NCBI GenBank assembly: GCA_030390025.1
Contig: CM059432.1
Span: 33,482,001-33,546,000, forward strand
Reading direction: 5' to 3'
DNA length: 64,000 bases
Source of the DNA: Squalus acanthias
Lineage: Eukaryota
Part shown: piece after piece, positions 1 through 11,778 of the stretch
Layout: each line of letters opens with the position of its first letter
How positions within the stretch are numbered: the first letter of the stretch is position 1
Notes under the pieces: model-generated
Database searches by the model: none
Seen by the model: only the letters and a program-made list of their open reading frames with translations
Told to the model about the DNA's origin: nothing
Translations under genes and position numbers: made by a program

Positions 1-133
1 TTATTCACGTTATACTGCATCTGCCATGTATTTGCCCACTCACTCAACTTGTCTAAATCGCCTTGAAGCCTCTTTGCATTCTCCTCACAACTCACAATCC
101 CACCTAGTTTTGTGTAGTCAGCAAACTTGGAAA
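1..133 (-). mobile_element. CR1 LINE RT fragment
   Basis: Minus strand reads ISKFADYTKLGGIVSCEENAKRLQGDLDKLSEWANTWQMQYNV, the CR1 RT FADD region. Confidence 0.8.
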
Positions 134-465
134 TGGTACAATTTTAAAGGAGGTGCAAGAACAGAGAGACCTGGGGGCATTTGTGCACAAATTTTTAAAG
201 GTGGCAGGACAGGGTAACAAAGCAGTTAATAAAGCATACAGGATCCTGGGCTTTATAAATAAACGCATAGAGTACAAAAGCCAGGAAGCTATGCTAAACC
301 TATATAAAACATTAGTTCGGCCCCAGCTGGAGTATTGTGTCCAATTCTAGGCACCACACTTTAGGAAGGACGTGAAGGCTTTGGAGAGGGTACAGAAGAG
401 ATTTACTAGAATGGTTCCAGGGATGAGGGAATACAGTTAAGTTGGCAGATTAGAGAAACTGGGGT
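134..465 (+). mobile_element. CR1 LINE ORF2 C-terminal fragment
   Basis: ORF 153-350 QRDLG...LYKTLVRPQLEYCVQF with an in-frame stop. Confidence 0.85.
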
Positions 466-795
466 ACATAAGAACATAACAAATAGGAGCAGGAGTAGAC
501 CATATGGCCCCTCGAGCCTGCTCCGCCATTCAATAAGATCATGGCTGATCATCGACCTCAACTCTACTTTCCCACCCGATCTCCATGTCCCTTGATTCCC
601 CTAGTGTTCAAAAATCTATCTATCTCAGCCTTGAATATACTCAAAGACTCAACATTCACAGCCCTCTGGAGCAGAGAATTCCAAAGATTCACAACCCTCT
701 GAGTGAAGAAATTCCTCCTCATCTCGGTCTTAAATGGCCTACCCCTTATCCTGAGACTATGCCCCTAGTTCTAGACACTTCAGCCAGGGGAAACA

Positions 796-1596
796 TAGAA
801 ACATAGAAGTTAGGAGCAGGAGTAGGCCATTCGCCCCCTCGAGCCTGCTCCGCCATTCGATGAGATCATGGCTGATCATCCAAACTCAGTACCCTGTACC
901 TGCCTTCTCCCCATATCCCTTGATACTTTTAGCTTTAAGAAATATATCTAACTCATTCTTGAATATATTTAATGACTTGGCCTCAACTACCTTCTGTGGT
1001 AGAGAATTCCACAGGTTCACCACTCTCTGGGTGAAGAAATTCTTCCTCATTTCTGTCCTAAATGGCTTACCCCTTATCCTTAGATTATGACCCCTGGTTC
1101 TGGACTCTCCGACCATCGGGAACATTCTTCCTGCATCTAGTTTGTCCAGACCTGTCAGAATTTTATATGTTTCGATGAGATCCCCTCTCATTCTTCTATA
1201 CTCCAGCGAGTATAAGCCCAATCGACCCAATCTCTCCCTATATGTCATTCCTGCCATCCCAGGTATCAGCCTGGTGAATCTTCGCTGAACTCCTTCCATG
1301 GCAAGAACATCCTTCCTCAGATAAGGCGACCAAAACTGCACACAGTACTCAAGGTGTGGTCTCACCAAGGCCCTGTACAACTGCAGCAGGACATCCCTGT
1401 TCCTATACTCAAACCCTTTCGCTATGAAGGCCAACATACCATTTGCCTTCTTAACCGCCTGCTGCACCTGCTTGCTTACCTTCAGCGACTGGTGCACAAG
1501 GACACCCAGGTCTCGTTGCACTTCCCCTTCTCCCAATCTATTGCCATTCAGATAATAGTCTGCCTTTCTGTTTTTGACACCAAAGTGGATAACCTC
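796..1596 (-). mobile_element. 5'-truncated young CR1 nested in the 467-7050 CR1
   Basis: Open ORF2 C-terminus (886-1596), (TAGAAACA)n tail, GAAACA duplicated at 790-795 and 1597-1602. Confidence 0.92.
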
Positions 1597-2153
1597 GAAA
1601 CAACCTCTCAGCATCTACCCTGTCAATCCCCTTCAGAATCTTGCATGTTTCAATGAGATCACCTCTCATTCTTCTAAACTCCAGAGAGTATAGGCCCATT
1701 ATACACAATCTCTCATCATAGGACAGCCCTCTCATCCCAGGAATCAATCTAGTGAACCTTTGTTGCACCGCCTCCAAGGCAAGTATATCCTTCCTTAGAT
1801 AAGGAGACCAAAACTGTGCACGGTTCTCCAGGTGTGGTCTCACCAAGGCCCTGTACAATTGTAGCAAGACTTCCTTACTCTTATACTCCAACCCCCTTGC
1901 AATAAAGGCCAACATGTCATTTGCCTTCCTTACTGCTTGCTGTACCTGCATGCTAGCTTTCTGTGTTTCTTGCACGAGGACACCCAAATCTCTCTGAACA
2001 CCAACATTTGAAAGTTTCTCACCATTTAAAAAATATTCTGTTTTTCTATTCTTCCTACCAAAGTGAATAATCTCACATTTCCCTACATTATACTCCATCT
2101 GCCACCTTAATGCCCACTCACTTAGTCTATCTATATCCCTTTGTAGACTCTTT

Positions 2154-2824
2154 GGGCTGGATTTTCATTGACCCGTGGAGGTGGGTTTGGAGGCGTGTGG
2201 GGGGTTAAAATTGCAAAAACTGGCGGGTGGGCACAAGCCCGCCTCCACGCAATTTTCATTAAATTGTGTCTGCTGGTCCCGACTCCATCCCGCCTCTAAG
2301 AGGCGGGATAGGCTGTTAAGGCCCTTAACAAGCACTAAATTGCCTCTATAATGCCATTTTGAAAGGCCTTTGTGATTTTAACCCTTTTTCTACGTGAAGC
2401 ACGCCTGTTCTGAACCACGAATGTGAAACCTGGCGGGAGCACGGCTGGCTAGCTGGCTGGCTGGCTGGCTGATATGGGAGACATATCTGGGTGTGGTGGT
2501 GAATGGGAGACATATCTCAGAGTGCTGGTGCAAAAATATCTGGGAGCAGACTTAGGGCTGCTGCTGCTCATTTTGCATCCAGGTCCTCTCACAGCAAAGG
2601 CCAGGCAGTCTTTGCAGACCTTCAATGCAGCAGCAATGATGACATCATCAGAGGCGACTTTCAGACTGAAAACACTAATTGGGTCATGGGTTCCCACATA
2701 CTGGAACTCAATTGCCCAATTAGGTGAAAATCGCATCAATCTCCCACATCCAATTGCAGCCGGGTGGATAACACGAAAAGTGGATAACACGACCCCAACC
2801 CGCCCCAGTATCAAAATCCAGCCC
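2154..2824. mobile_element. Non-autonomous PIF/Harbinger-type element (MITE)
   Basis: 12-bp TIR GGGCTGGATTTT/AAAATCCAGCCC; 3-bp TSD TTT (2151-2153, 2825-2827); removal restores CR1 RT; possible Myb-ORF start relic MSSSSPKSAPRYF on the minus strand. Confidence 0.88.
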
Positions 2825-4156
2825 TTTGTGTTCTCCTCACAGCTTACTGTCTCACCTAGATTTGTATCGTCAGCAAACTTGAATACATTACACTTGGTCC
2901 CTTCATCTAGGTCATTAATATAGATTGTAAATAGCTGAGGCCCCAACACTGATCCTTGCGGCACCCCACTAGTTACAGCCTGCCAACCTGAAAAAGGTCC
3001 GTTTATCGCTACTCTCTGTTTTCTGTCCGTTAACCAATCCTCTATCCATGCTAATATATTACCCCCAACCCCATGAGCCCTAATCTTGTGTAATAATCTT
3101 TTATGTGGCACCTCATCGAACGCCTTTTGGAAATCCATATATACTACATCCACTGGTACCCCTTTAACTACCCTGCTAGTTACATCCTCAAAAAACTCTA
3201 ATAAATTTGTCAAACACGATTTCCCTTTCATAAAACCATGTTGACTCTGCCTAATCATGTTATGATTTTCTAAGTGCCCTGATACCACTTCCTCAATAAT
3301 GGATTCCAGCATTTTCCCGATGACTGATGTCCGGCTAACTGGCCTGTAGTTTCCTGTCTTTTCTCTACCTCCTTTCTTGAATAGCGGTGTTACATTTGCA
3401 ACTTTCCAATCTGCTGGGACCGTTCTAGAATCTAGGGAATTTCGGAAGATCAAAACCAATGCATCCACTATCTCTTCAGCCACCTCTTTTAGAACCCGAG
3501 GATGTAGGCCATCAGATCCAGGGGATTTGTTGGCTTTTAGTCCCATTAGCTTCTCTAGTACTTTTTCTCTACTTATATTAATTACACTAAGTTCTTCACC
3601 CTCATTAGACCCTTGGTTCCCCACCATTTTTGGTATGCTTTTTGTGTCTTCTATTGTGAAGACAGATACAAAATGTTTAACGTTTCTGTCATTTCCTTAT
3701 TCCCCATAATAATTTCTCCTGTCTCAGCCTCTAAGGGACCAACGTTTACTTTTGCTATTCTCTTCCTTTTTACATACTTGTAGAAGCTCTTACAATCTGC
3801 TTTTATATTTCTTGCTAATTTTCTCTCATATTCTATTTTTTCCCTTTTTATCAATTTTTTGCTCATCCTTTGCTGGTTTCTGAAACTCTCCCAATCGTCA
3901 GGCTTACTACTATTCTTTGTAACATTATAAGCTTCTTCTTTCAATCTAATGCCATCTTTAACTTCTTTAGTTAGCCACGGTTGGATCACTTTTCCCATGG
4001 AGTTTTTGTTTCTCAATGGAATGTATTTTTGTTGAGAATTATGAAATATTTCTTTAAATGCTAGCCAATGTTTATCATACCTTTTAATCTATTTTTCCAA
4101 TCTACCTTAGCCAACTCGCCCCTCATACCTATGTAATTGGCTTTATTTAAGTTTAA

Positions 4157-5049
4157 GGGGGAAAAATTCAGTCACGCCCCGTTTGGGGCGCAAATATCAT
4201 CCGGGCGCAAAGATTAGCGCCTGGCGCTAATTATCGCCACTGACTGGAAACTTCACTTTTAACGCCCCGGGAGGTGATTGGAGCACTAAATCAGGCGCTG
4301 CACACCTGTCTTAAGGCGCAAAGGCCGAGGAGTGAGGCGCTAACTCAGAGCGCTGGCGAAGCTCATGTAATGTCAGTCAGCAATGGAACACACACACAAT
4401 GGCACGGGCCAGTTCTTAAAGGGGATGGTTGATCTTGCTTTCCATCCACATCCTGCTCATTGCAGCCTTGAATCTCGGCCTGGAGAGACCTGCACATCAA
4501 ATCTGCTGGAAAGAACAATGGAGAGTACCAGGCAAAGAGCTCAGAATGCAGCCCCCACAGTCTCTTCTAAATCGATACAAGGAATGGCAAATCAAAATGA
4601 ACCTGCAAAGTGCTGCTCAGTACCCAAAACTCCTTCACACAACGTTGAATCTCTCCAGAAGTCTCTCTCACTCTCTCTCAGAATGCGTAGTTCAAAAATG
4701 GCACCAACAATAAAAGGCAGGAAGCGGTCACCTTTAAATAGCGCTCCCCCTTTCCCTTCATGACAGAAGAACGCTCCTATCAACCTGTCGTTGCTAGCGT
4801 CAGGCGGTAAGGCAGGGGGCGCCACTCAATATCCGCTCCGGGGCGATACCGGGGCATTGCACACTCGTCTGACGTCACGATCTGCCAGCGCAGGAGATCG
4901 TGGCGGTAGTGTTTAGCGCCGCCGCAAAATGTCTAGTTAATTTCGCGAGCGGCGCAAACTTCGCCGCGCCCGGGCGCTAGCTGCTTTGCGCCCCATTAGC
5001 GCCCTCTTAAGGCGCTAACGGGAGGCGCAACCAACTGAATTTTTCCCCC
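4157..5049. mobile_element. Non-autonomous PIF/Harbinger-type element (MITE), GCGC-rich
   Basis: Perfect 16-bp TIR GGGGGAAAAATTCAGT; TSD TAA (4154-4156, 5050-5052); interrupts CR1 ORF2. Confidence 0.92.
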
Positions 5050-5975
5050 TAAGTCTCTAGTTTTGGACTTAGGCAAGTCACTCTCAAACTTAAGGTGAAA
5101 TTTTATCATATTATGATCACTCTGCCCCAGAGGATCCTTTACTATGAGATTGCTAATTAACCCTGTCTCATTACACAATACAAGATCTAAAATAACCTAT
5201 TCCCTGGTGAGTTCCATGACGTATTGTTCTAGGAAACTGTCCCAAATGCATTCCATGAACTCATCCTCCAGACTACCTTTGCCAATTTGATTTGTCCAGT
5301 CTATATGAAGATTAAAGACCCCCACGATTATTGCATTACCTTTGTTACAAGCTGCTACTATTTCTTGATTAATATTCTGTCCAATGGCATAGCTACTGTT
5401 ATGGGGCCTATATACTACTCCCACCAATGTTTTCTTCCCCTTGTTATTCCTTATCTCCACCCATACTGATTCGACTTCCTGATCATCCGAGCTGAGATCC
5501 TTTCTCTCCACTGTCCTTATGTCATCCTTTATTATCAGGGCTACTCCCCCTCCTTTTCCATTCTGCCTGTCTTTTCGAAACTTCAAGTACCCTCAAATAT
5601 TTAGTTCCCAACCTTGGTCACCTTGCAAACATGTCTCTGTAATGGCTATTAGATCAAACCCATAGATCTCTATTTGTGCCACTAGTTTGTTTATCTTGTT
5701 ACGAATGCTTCGTGCATTCAGATAAAGAGCCTTTAATTTAAATTTTTTACCATTATTCCCTGCATTGACCTTATTCTCTGCTGCACTGCTACTGTTAAAC
5801 TCTCTGTCTCTTCCTGTCACACTCTGCTTATTTTTACCCAAATCGCTACACTGCCCTATCTTTCTCTTTAGATTTCTAAATTTTCCCTCACCTGACCCCT
5901 CCCCCCTTTTTTACTTTAAAGCCCTTTCTACAGCCCTACTTATTCAATTCACCAGGACGCTAGTCCCAGCGCGGT

Positions 5976-6851
5976 TTAAGTGGAGCCCGTCCCGATGGAA
6001 CAGCTCCCTCTTTCCCCAGTAGTGGTGCCAGTGCCCCATTGAAACCCCTTCTTCCCACAACACTCTATGAGCCACGCATTTAACTCTCTGATCTGCTTGA
6101 CCCTATGCCAATTTGCGCATGGCTCAGGTAGTAATCCAGCGATTATTACCCTTGAGGTTCTGCTTATCAATTTAGACCCTAGCTCCTCAAACTCCCTCAG
6201 CAGAACCTCATTCCTAGTTCTACCTATGTTGTTGGTTCCTACGTAGACCACGACAACTGGATCCTCCCCCTCCCACTCCAAGTTCTTCTCCAGCCATGAG
6301 GAGATATCCTTAACCCTGGACATAGCCTTCGGGACTCTCTTTCGCGGCTGCAGAGAACAGTATCTATCCCCCTGACTATACTGTCCCCTACTACTACCAC
6401 ATTCCTTCCTTCTACCCCCACTTGGATGGCCCCCTGTACCACGGTGCCGTGGTCAGTTTGCCCATCCTCCCTGCAGACCTTTTCCTCATCCATACAGGTA
6501 GCAAGTACCTCGTACCTGTTGGACAAGGTCCAGGGCTGAGGCTCCTCCATCACTACATCCTGGGTCCCCATACCTTCCTGACTTGCCATCATACCCTCCT
6601 GTCCCTGACCACTGACGAACTCTAAAGTACTACTTAACCTAAAGTGTGTGACTGCCTCCTGGAACAAAGTCCAGGTAACCCTCCCCCTCCCTGATGCATC
6701 GCAATGTCTGCAGCTCGTACTCCAGCTCAACAATTCTGAGCCGAAGCTCCTCGAGTTGCAGACACTTACTGCAGATGTGGTTGCTCGGGATCGCGATGCT
6801 CTCCACAAACTCCCACATGCTGCAGTTACGACACACCACCTGCCCTACCAT
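5976..6851 (-). pseudogene. CR1 ORF1 relic: Cys/His zinc-binding motif, leucine coiled coil and SGNH esterase-like domain
   Basis: CRNCSMWEF..HICSKCLQLEELRLRIVELEYELQTL; VVVVGDSIVRGID (GDS block); VYVGTNNIG (GxN block); frameshifted. Confidence 0.85.
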
Positions 6852-7126
6852 TTCTAACCTTGTTTTATTTATTCATTAATAAGTTAAAGCTTTTATTCAA
6901 TCGATATTTTAGTTTTATTGTTTGATTATTTTATCTAGTTTAAGTTATTAATTTAATAAGTACCAGCAAGTTACAGTTTCTCAGCTCTTAATTTAACCCT
7001 CTTCCCTAACTTAGAGAGCAAAAAAAAAGCTATAATACTCACCCTATGCTCACCCTATTCTCCTTGGAGCAGAGAAGGCTAAGGAAACCTGGGCTGATTT
7101 TGTTTTACCCTCATCCTAACCCAAAG

Positions 7127-7582
7127 TTACGGTAGCATAATGGTTATGGTACTGGACTAGTAATCCAGAGGCCTGCAGTAATAATCCTGTAGACGTGAGT
7201 TTCAAATCCTATCACAGCAGCTGGTGGATTTAAATTCAGTTAATAAAAAAAAAAATCTGGCCATGAAACTACCGGATTGTCGTAAAAACGCATCTGGGTC
7301 ACTCGTGTCCTTTAGGGAAAGAAACCTGCTGTCCTTACCTGGTCTGGCCTATATGTGACTTCAGACCTACAGCAATGTGGTTGACTCTTAACTGCCCTCT
7401 GAAATGGCCTAGCAAGCCACTCAGTTGTACCAAATCGCTGCGACAAAGTCAGCGCTGTGCGAGTAACTAACTGCAGCGGTTCAAGAAGGCGGCTCACCGC
7501 CACCTTCTCAAGGGCAATTAGGGATGGGCAATAAATGCCAGTCTTGCCAGTGACGCCCATATCCTGTAAACGAATAAAAAAA
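7127..7582 (+). mobile_element. tRNA-head SINE with LINE-derived 3' tail (family B)
   Basis: A/B-box-like head (TAGCATAATGG..GAGTTTCAAATCC); tail ending ...ACGAATAAAAAAA resembles the 3' end of the LINE at 14133; multiple copies in the window. Confidence 0.75.
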
Positions 7583-7917
7583 GTCGTCGGTGCCAATTAT
7601 TTTATCCAACTGTTGAAATCAGCTACCTGAGCACAGTACAGGAATTGACTGAGGGACCTTCCCACTTTGTATGGCTCAGTACAGCCCACTGTATTCGCCC
7701 ACTGAACCAGCAGGAGAACGCTGAAAATAAAACTTGCAGAGTGAAAGAGCAAAACCTTCTCTATGCTCTTAGTATCTGATTAGTAAGACCCAGGGGAACA
7801 GGCCTAATGTTGGTGTTTGTACAGGTCAAGGATTTAACTGGATGTAATATATTATACTCTGTGTATACCATTGGTCCATGGAGGAAGCATAGGGATACAA
7901 GCATGCCAGTAGTGTCA

Positions 7918-8060
7918 AATAAAAACAGAAAATGCTGGAAGGTCATCGACCTGAAACGTTAACTCTGTTTCTCTCTCTACAGATGCTGCCTGACCTGCTG
8001 AGTGTTTCCAGCATTTTCTGCTTTTATTTCAGATTTCCAGCATCTGCAGTATTTTGCTTT
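7918..8060 (+). mobile_element. Penelope-like terminal remnant with short inverted end
   Basis: AATAAAAACAGAAAATGCTGGAA inverted against TTCCAGCATTTTCTGCTTTTATT; GGTCATCGACC-TGAAAC stem plus GAAA; 14-bp TSD TGCCASTAGTGTCA at 7904-7917 and 8061-8074. Confidence 0.6.
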
Positions 8061-8074
8061 TGCCACTAGTGTCA

Positions 8075-8505
8075 GTTTGGCTAAGTGGTAGCACTCTCAT
8101 TTCTGAGTCAGAAGCTTGTGAGTTGAAGTCCCGTTACAGGATTTGACCATGTAAGCCAGGCTAATCATTTAGAGCAGTACTGATGGAGTGCCATCTCATC
8201 CTTTAAACTAAAGTCCCAGCTGCCTGTTTTGGGTGGAGGTACAAAATTCAGCAACACAATTAGAAGATCCGCAGCAAGTTGTCCCGACATCCTGGCTAAA
8301 GTTCATTCCTCAAACTACACCATCAAAACATATTAACTAGTCATTCATCTCAATTGCTGTTTGTGGGACCTTGCTATGAGAACACTGGTTGCTGCGATTC
8401 CTTACAGGACAACGTGACAACACATTAAAAAATAATTAATTGGCTATGAAGTGCTTTGGGATGTCCTGAGAAGGTGAAAGTTTATCTAAAGGCGAGTTTC
8501 CTCTT
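8075..8505 (+). mobile_element. Deu-domain tRNA SINE (SacSINE1/DeuSINE-like, family A), diverged
   Basis: GGTAGCACTCT..GAGTCAGAAG head, Deu-like core, L2-like tail. Confidence 0.75.
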
Positions 8506-8514
8506 TGTTCTTCT

Positions 8515-8850
8515 GTTCCACTGTATTAACAGCCTGTAACTCACTTCTGGGTATCCATTATTCTATGTATAAACCACCCGAACCCTTCGATTATATTCCA
8601 GCCTATAACTCACTCTCAGGTATCTATTATTCTATATATAAACCACCTGATCCCCTCGATTATATTCCAGCCTGTAACTCACTCCTGGGTATCTACTATT
8701 CTATATATAAACCAGCTGAACCCCTCGACTAGAGTCCAGCCTGAAACACACTGCTGCTAATCTGTTATTCTATATATAAACCATATGAATGCCTTGGTTC
8801 GATCCCAGCTTGTAACTCACTCCCAGCTAGCCATTGTTCTCTATATAAAA
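8515..8850 (+). repeat. 69-bp minisatellite, ~5 copies
   Basis: GCCTGTAACTCACTC..GGTATC..TTATTCTATATATAAACCACC.. recurs at 8532, 8601, 8670, 8739, 8808. Confidence 0.9.
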
Positions 8851-8923
8851 TGGGATGTGTGAGCTTCATAAAAGAAGCTATATGGAATTGTGCACTATGC
8901 AGGTGAGTGCCTTTTTTATTCTA

Positions 8924-9287
8924 CAGGAAACTCTTTATTAACCGGCACTGACGGGACCGGCGTGGTGCCGGTTAATCAAAAAGTCCGGATAACGGAGAGT
9001 TATATCTCCCAACGTACGAGAGCCCCGTACACACTGACATGCGCCTGCATTCGGAGCTCCGTCTCCCCGGGGACCGCCAGCTGACCATCTGTCGTGTCCG
9101 CTGCCTACCCGGGCTGCACATTCCCCTCCCAATCTACATGCTCCGATACAAGGCAAACGCCTTGGGGTTTTTTAAAAAGTTATTTTTAAAGGAGAGATGA
9201 AGGAAAACCCCGGTTACCTACTCAAGAATTTTGCCGGTTAAGAGAGATTTCCGGTTATTTGGGTGCCGGTTAAAAGAGAGTTTCCTG
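8924..9287. mobile_element. Tc1/mariner-superfamily (pogo/Tigger-like) MITE
   Basis: 25-bp TIR CAGGAAACTCTYTWTTAACCGGCAC (2 mismatches); TA TSD at 8922-8923 and 9288-9289; internal CCGGTTA repeats. Confidence 0.88.
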
Positions 9288-10099
9288 TACCATCTTCTGA
9301 AGATCGTTGCAGTGCCTCATCAGAGTAGGCCCTCAAGGGTGGGGCACCTTGTGACGTTGACCTCAGGAAGCTGAGATTGTGCTGGATGGTGGATCTCTGG
9401 TCTACGTGCAGTACCTATCACATGAAAATCATTAATCTCCAGGCCCATTGGACCATTTGCAATTTAATCGTTCCTTCTACATCATCAGAGAGCCAAAGCA
9501 GTCAGTCTGCTGCTCACTCAAACATCTTTGGGCTAATTTTATGAAAATTTATAGCTAACCCTAACCCCTCTGGGCAAATTCTCCTGAATTTATTTTTTAA
9601 TATGCAGCCTCCCTGAAACTCTCTGCGGGCCAGTTTTTTTTCTCTTCGTGAAAATGTTACCAGTTCCATGGAACAATACATTATAAAGAATAACAAGTGT
9701 CTGGCAGGGGCTTGTAGGCAGTAATTCAATCTGTGGATTCTGCTGACATTGGTAAAACCACTCCCTTGGTCGCAGTCTCGCACTTTACGATGGTTTGGGA
9801 ACTGCTCAAAACAAATTACCAGCTTGTAACTCAAAGCCAGCTATCTACTATGTGAAAAAAAATACCTGGGACAGCTCCAGGTCAGTCTGAAGGCTTCCGT
9901 TGGTGTTTTAAACTGCTGTAGCTTAATGCTTATGGTTCACACTGTTATCATACCTCCCTTATTCGAGTTGTAACTATTATTCCACATACACGTTAGATAA
10001 AAACAGAATGCAGGCAGTTCTGGTGAATGGCAGGCTCAATTGCCTGGAAATGTTGTGCTTGCATCAGGAATTGCTCTGTAATTCCCCCCACCCTTGCTA

Positions 10100-10200
10100 T
10101 TCCTGGCCAATCCCAGGATTCATCCATGAGTTACATTCCTAAACCACGTGCTGCCTGGTGAAGGGATATAAATCACGGCTCGGAGACGGTGTAACAACTG
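10100..10200 (+). promoter_or_regulatory. Candidate Pol II promoter (CCAAT, CATTCC, CACGTG, TATAAA)
   Basis: CCAAT 10107-10111, ACATTCCT 10133-10140, CACGTG 10145-10150, TATAAA 10167-10172 in TE-free DNA with canonical spacing; motif evidence only. Confidence 0.4.
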
Positions 10201-10664
10201 CAGCACAAACGATTAGAGAATCAGCAGTTTGACATCTCTCGGAGGATCCAGGCTTCTTGTGCGTGGACTGGAACTGAATAGAAGCTTTCTTCAAAAGGGA
10301 TTGGGGATTCAGTGAAGGTCCAATGAAGACAATCCACATAGCCAACAGACTGCCTTGCATCTAACCATCTCGGAATAGCCCAGACCTTTGTTTCCGACCT
10401 TTCACTGTCACAACCTTTCTCTGTTTTTTTTTGATACAATGATCATTCCTCCTATTAACTTTCATGTACTGTTCCTCCTCAGCAACAAATATGCCATCCC
10501 ACACACTCTTCTGCCTTTCTGGATTCTTACTGTGTTAAAATCATAACTCGTTGCACAGTCTTCCATGCTAACTCATTCTTTCCCAGGATTTTGAAAATGT
10601 GGAACACTTTACATCCCTCAGTCTTCACTTTGTCCTACAGCCTTGAGGCTTTTAAAGCCTAAAC

Positions 10665-10935
10665 TGTAGTAGTTATGTTACTGGACTAGTAATCCAGACA
10701 ACATGAGTTCAAAGCCCACCATTACAGTTCGAGAATTTGAATTCAGTTTTCTTTTAAATCTGGAAATAATATCATAAAACCCAACTGGTTCACTAATGTC
10801 CTTCAGGAAAGGAAACCTGCTGTCCTTACCCTGTCTGGCCTACATGTGACTCCAGACCCACAGCAATGTGGTTGAATCTTAACTGCCCTCTGAAATGGCC
10901 TAGAAAGCCACTCAGTTGTATCAAACTGCTACAAG
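10665..10935 (+). mobile_element. SINE family B, partial
   Basis: Similar to 7127-7440. Confidence 0.75.
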
Positions 10936-11360
10936 GACATATCTGCTACAAGGGAGTACATTCAGCACGCGGGCAGCCAACCCGTTGCCAGGAGGCGGGT
11001 TGTCATTTTAAATATGATAATCATAGAATCATAGAATGGTTACAGCACGGAAGAAGACCATTCGGCCCGTCGAGCCAATGCTGGCTCTCTGCAAGAACAC
11101 CTCAGCTAGTCCCACTCCCCCGCCATTTCCCCGTAGCCCTGCAAATTTTTTTCTTTCAGGTACTTATCAAACTCCCTTTTGAAAGTCGTGATTGAATCTA
11201 CCTCCACCACCCATTCAGGCAGTGCATTCCAGATGCTAACCACTTGCTGCGTATAAAGGTTTTTTCTTATGTCGCCTTTGCTTCTTCTGCCAATCACCTT
11301 AAATCTGTGTCCTCTGGTTCTCGACCCTTCTGCCAATGGGAACAGTTTCTCTCTATCTAG

Positions 11361-11497
11361 ACACAAAAGGCATCAAGGGGTATGGGGAGAGAGCGGGAAT
11401 GTGGTATTGAGATAGAGGATCAGCCAGGATCATATTGAATGGCGGAGCAGGCTCGAAGGGTCGAATGGCCTACTCCTGCTCCTATTTTTCTATGTTT
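11361..11497 (+). mobile_element. Very short CR1 3' end inserted in copy A
   Basis: CR1 3'UTR stem-loop plus TTTCTATG tail, opposite orientation to the host; TCTATCTA at both junctions. Confidence 0.8.
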
Positions 11498-11778
11498 CTA
11501 TCTACTCTGTCCAGACCCCCCTTGATTTTGAACACCTCTATCAAATCTCCTCTCAATCTTCTCTGCTCCAAGGAGAACAACCCCAGCTTCTCCAGTCTAT
11601 CCACGTAAATGAAGTCCCTCATCCCTGGAATCATTCTTGTAAATCTTTTCTGCACCCTCTCTAAGGCCTTCACAACCTTCCAAAAGTGCAGTGCCCAGAA
11701 TTGGACACAATACTCCAGTTGAAGCCGAACCAGTGTTTTATACAGGTTCATCATAATTTGCACACTTTTGTACTCTAT

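Larger units (their letters stand above)
467..7050 (-). mobile_element. Near full-length degenerate CR1 LINE (5'UTR, ORF1, APE-RT ORF2, 3'UTR), interrupted by three nested insertions
   Basis: ORF1 pieces 5976-6851; endonuclease (YLNARSIRNK, IAITET, SDHN) 5050-5841; RT (NYRPVS, QHGF, DFQKAFD, GVPQGSVLGP, FADD) 1597-4150; 3' tail of CATAAGAA type at 467. Sequence is collinear once 796-1596, 2154-2824 and 4157-5049 are removed. Confidence 0.92.

Noticed and set aside
2449..3627. 392-aa ORF as an RT with a novel C-terminal domain
   Set aside because: Read-through from CR1 RT into the inserted MITE at 2824
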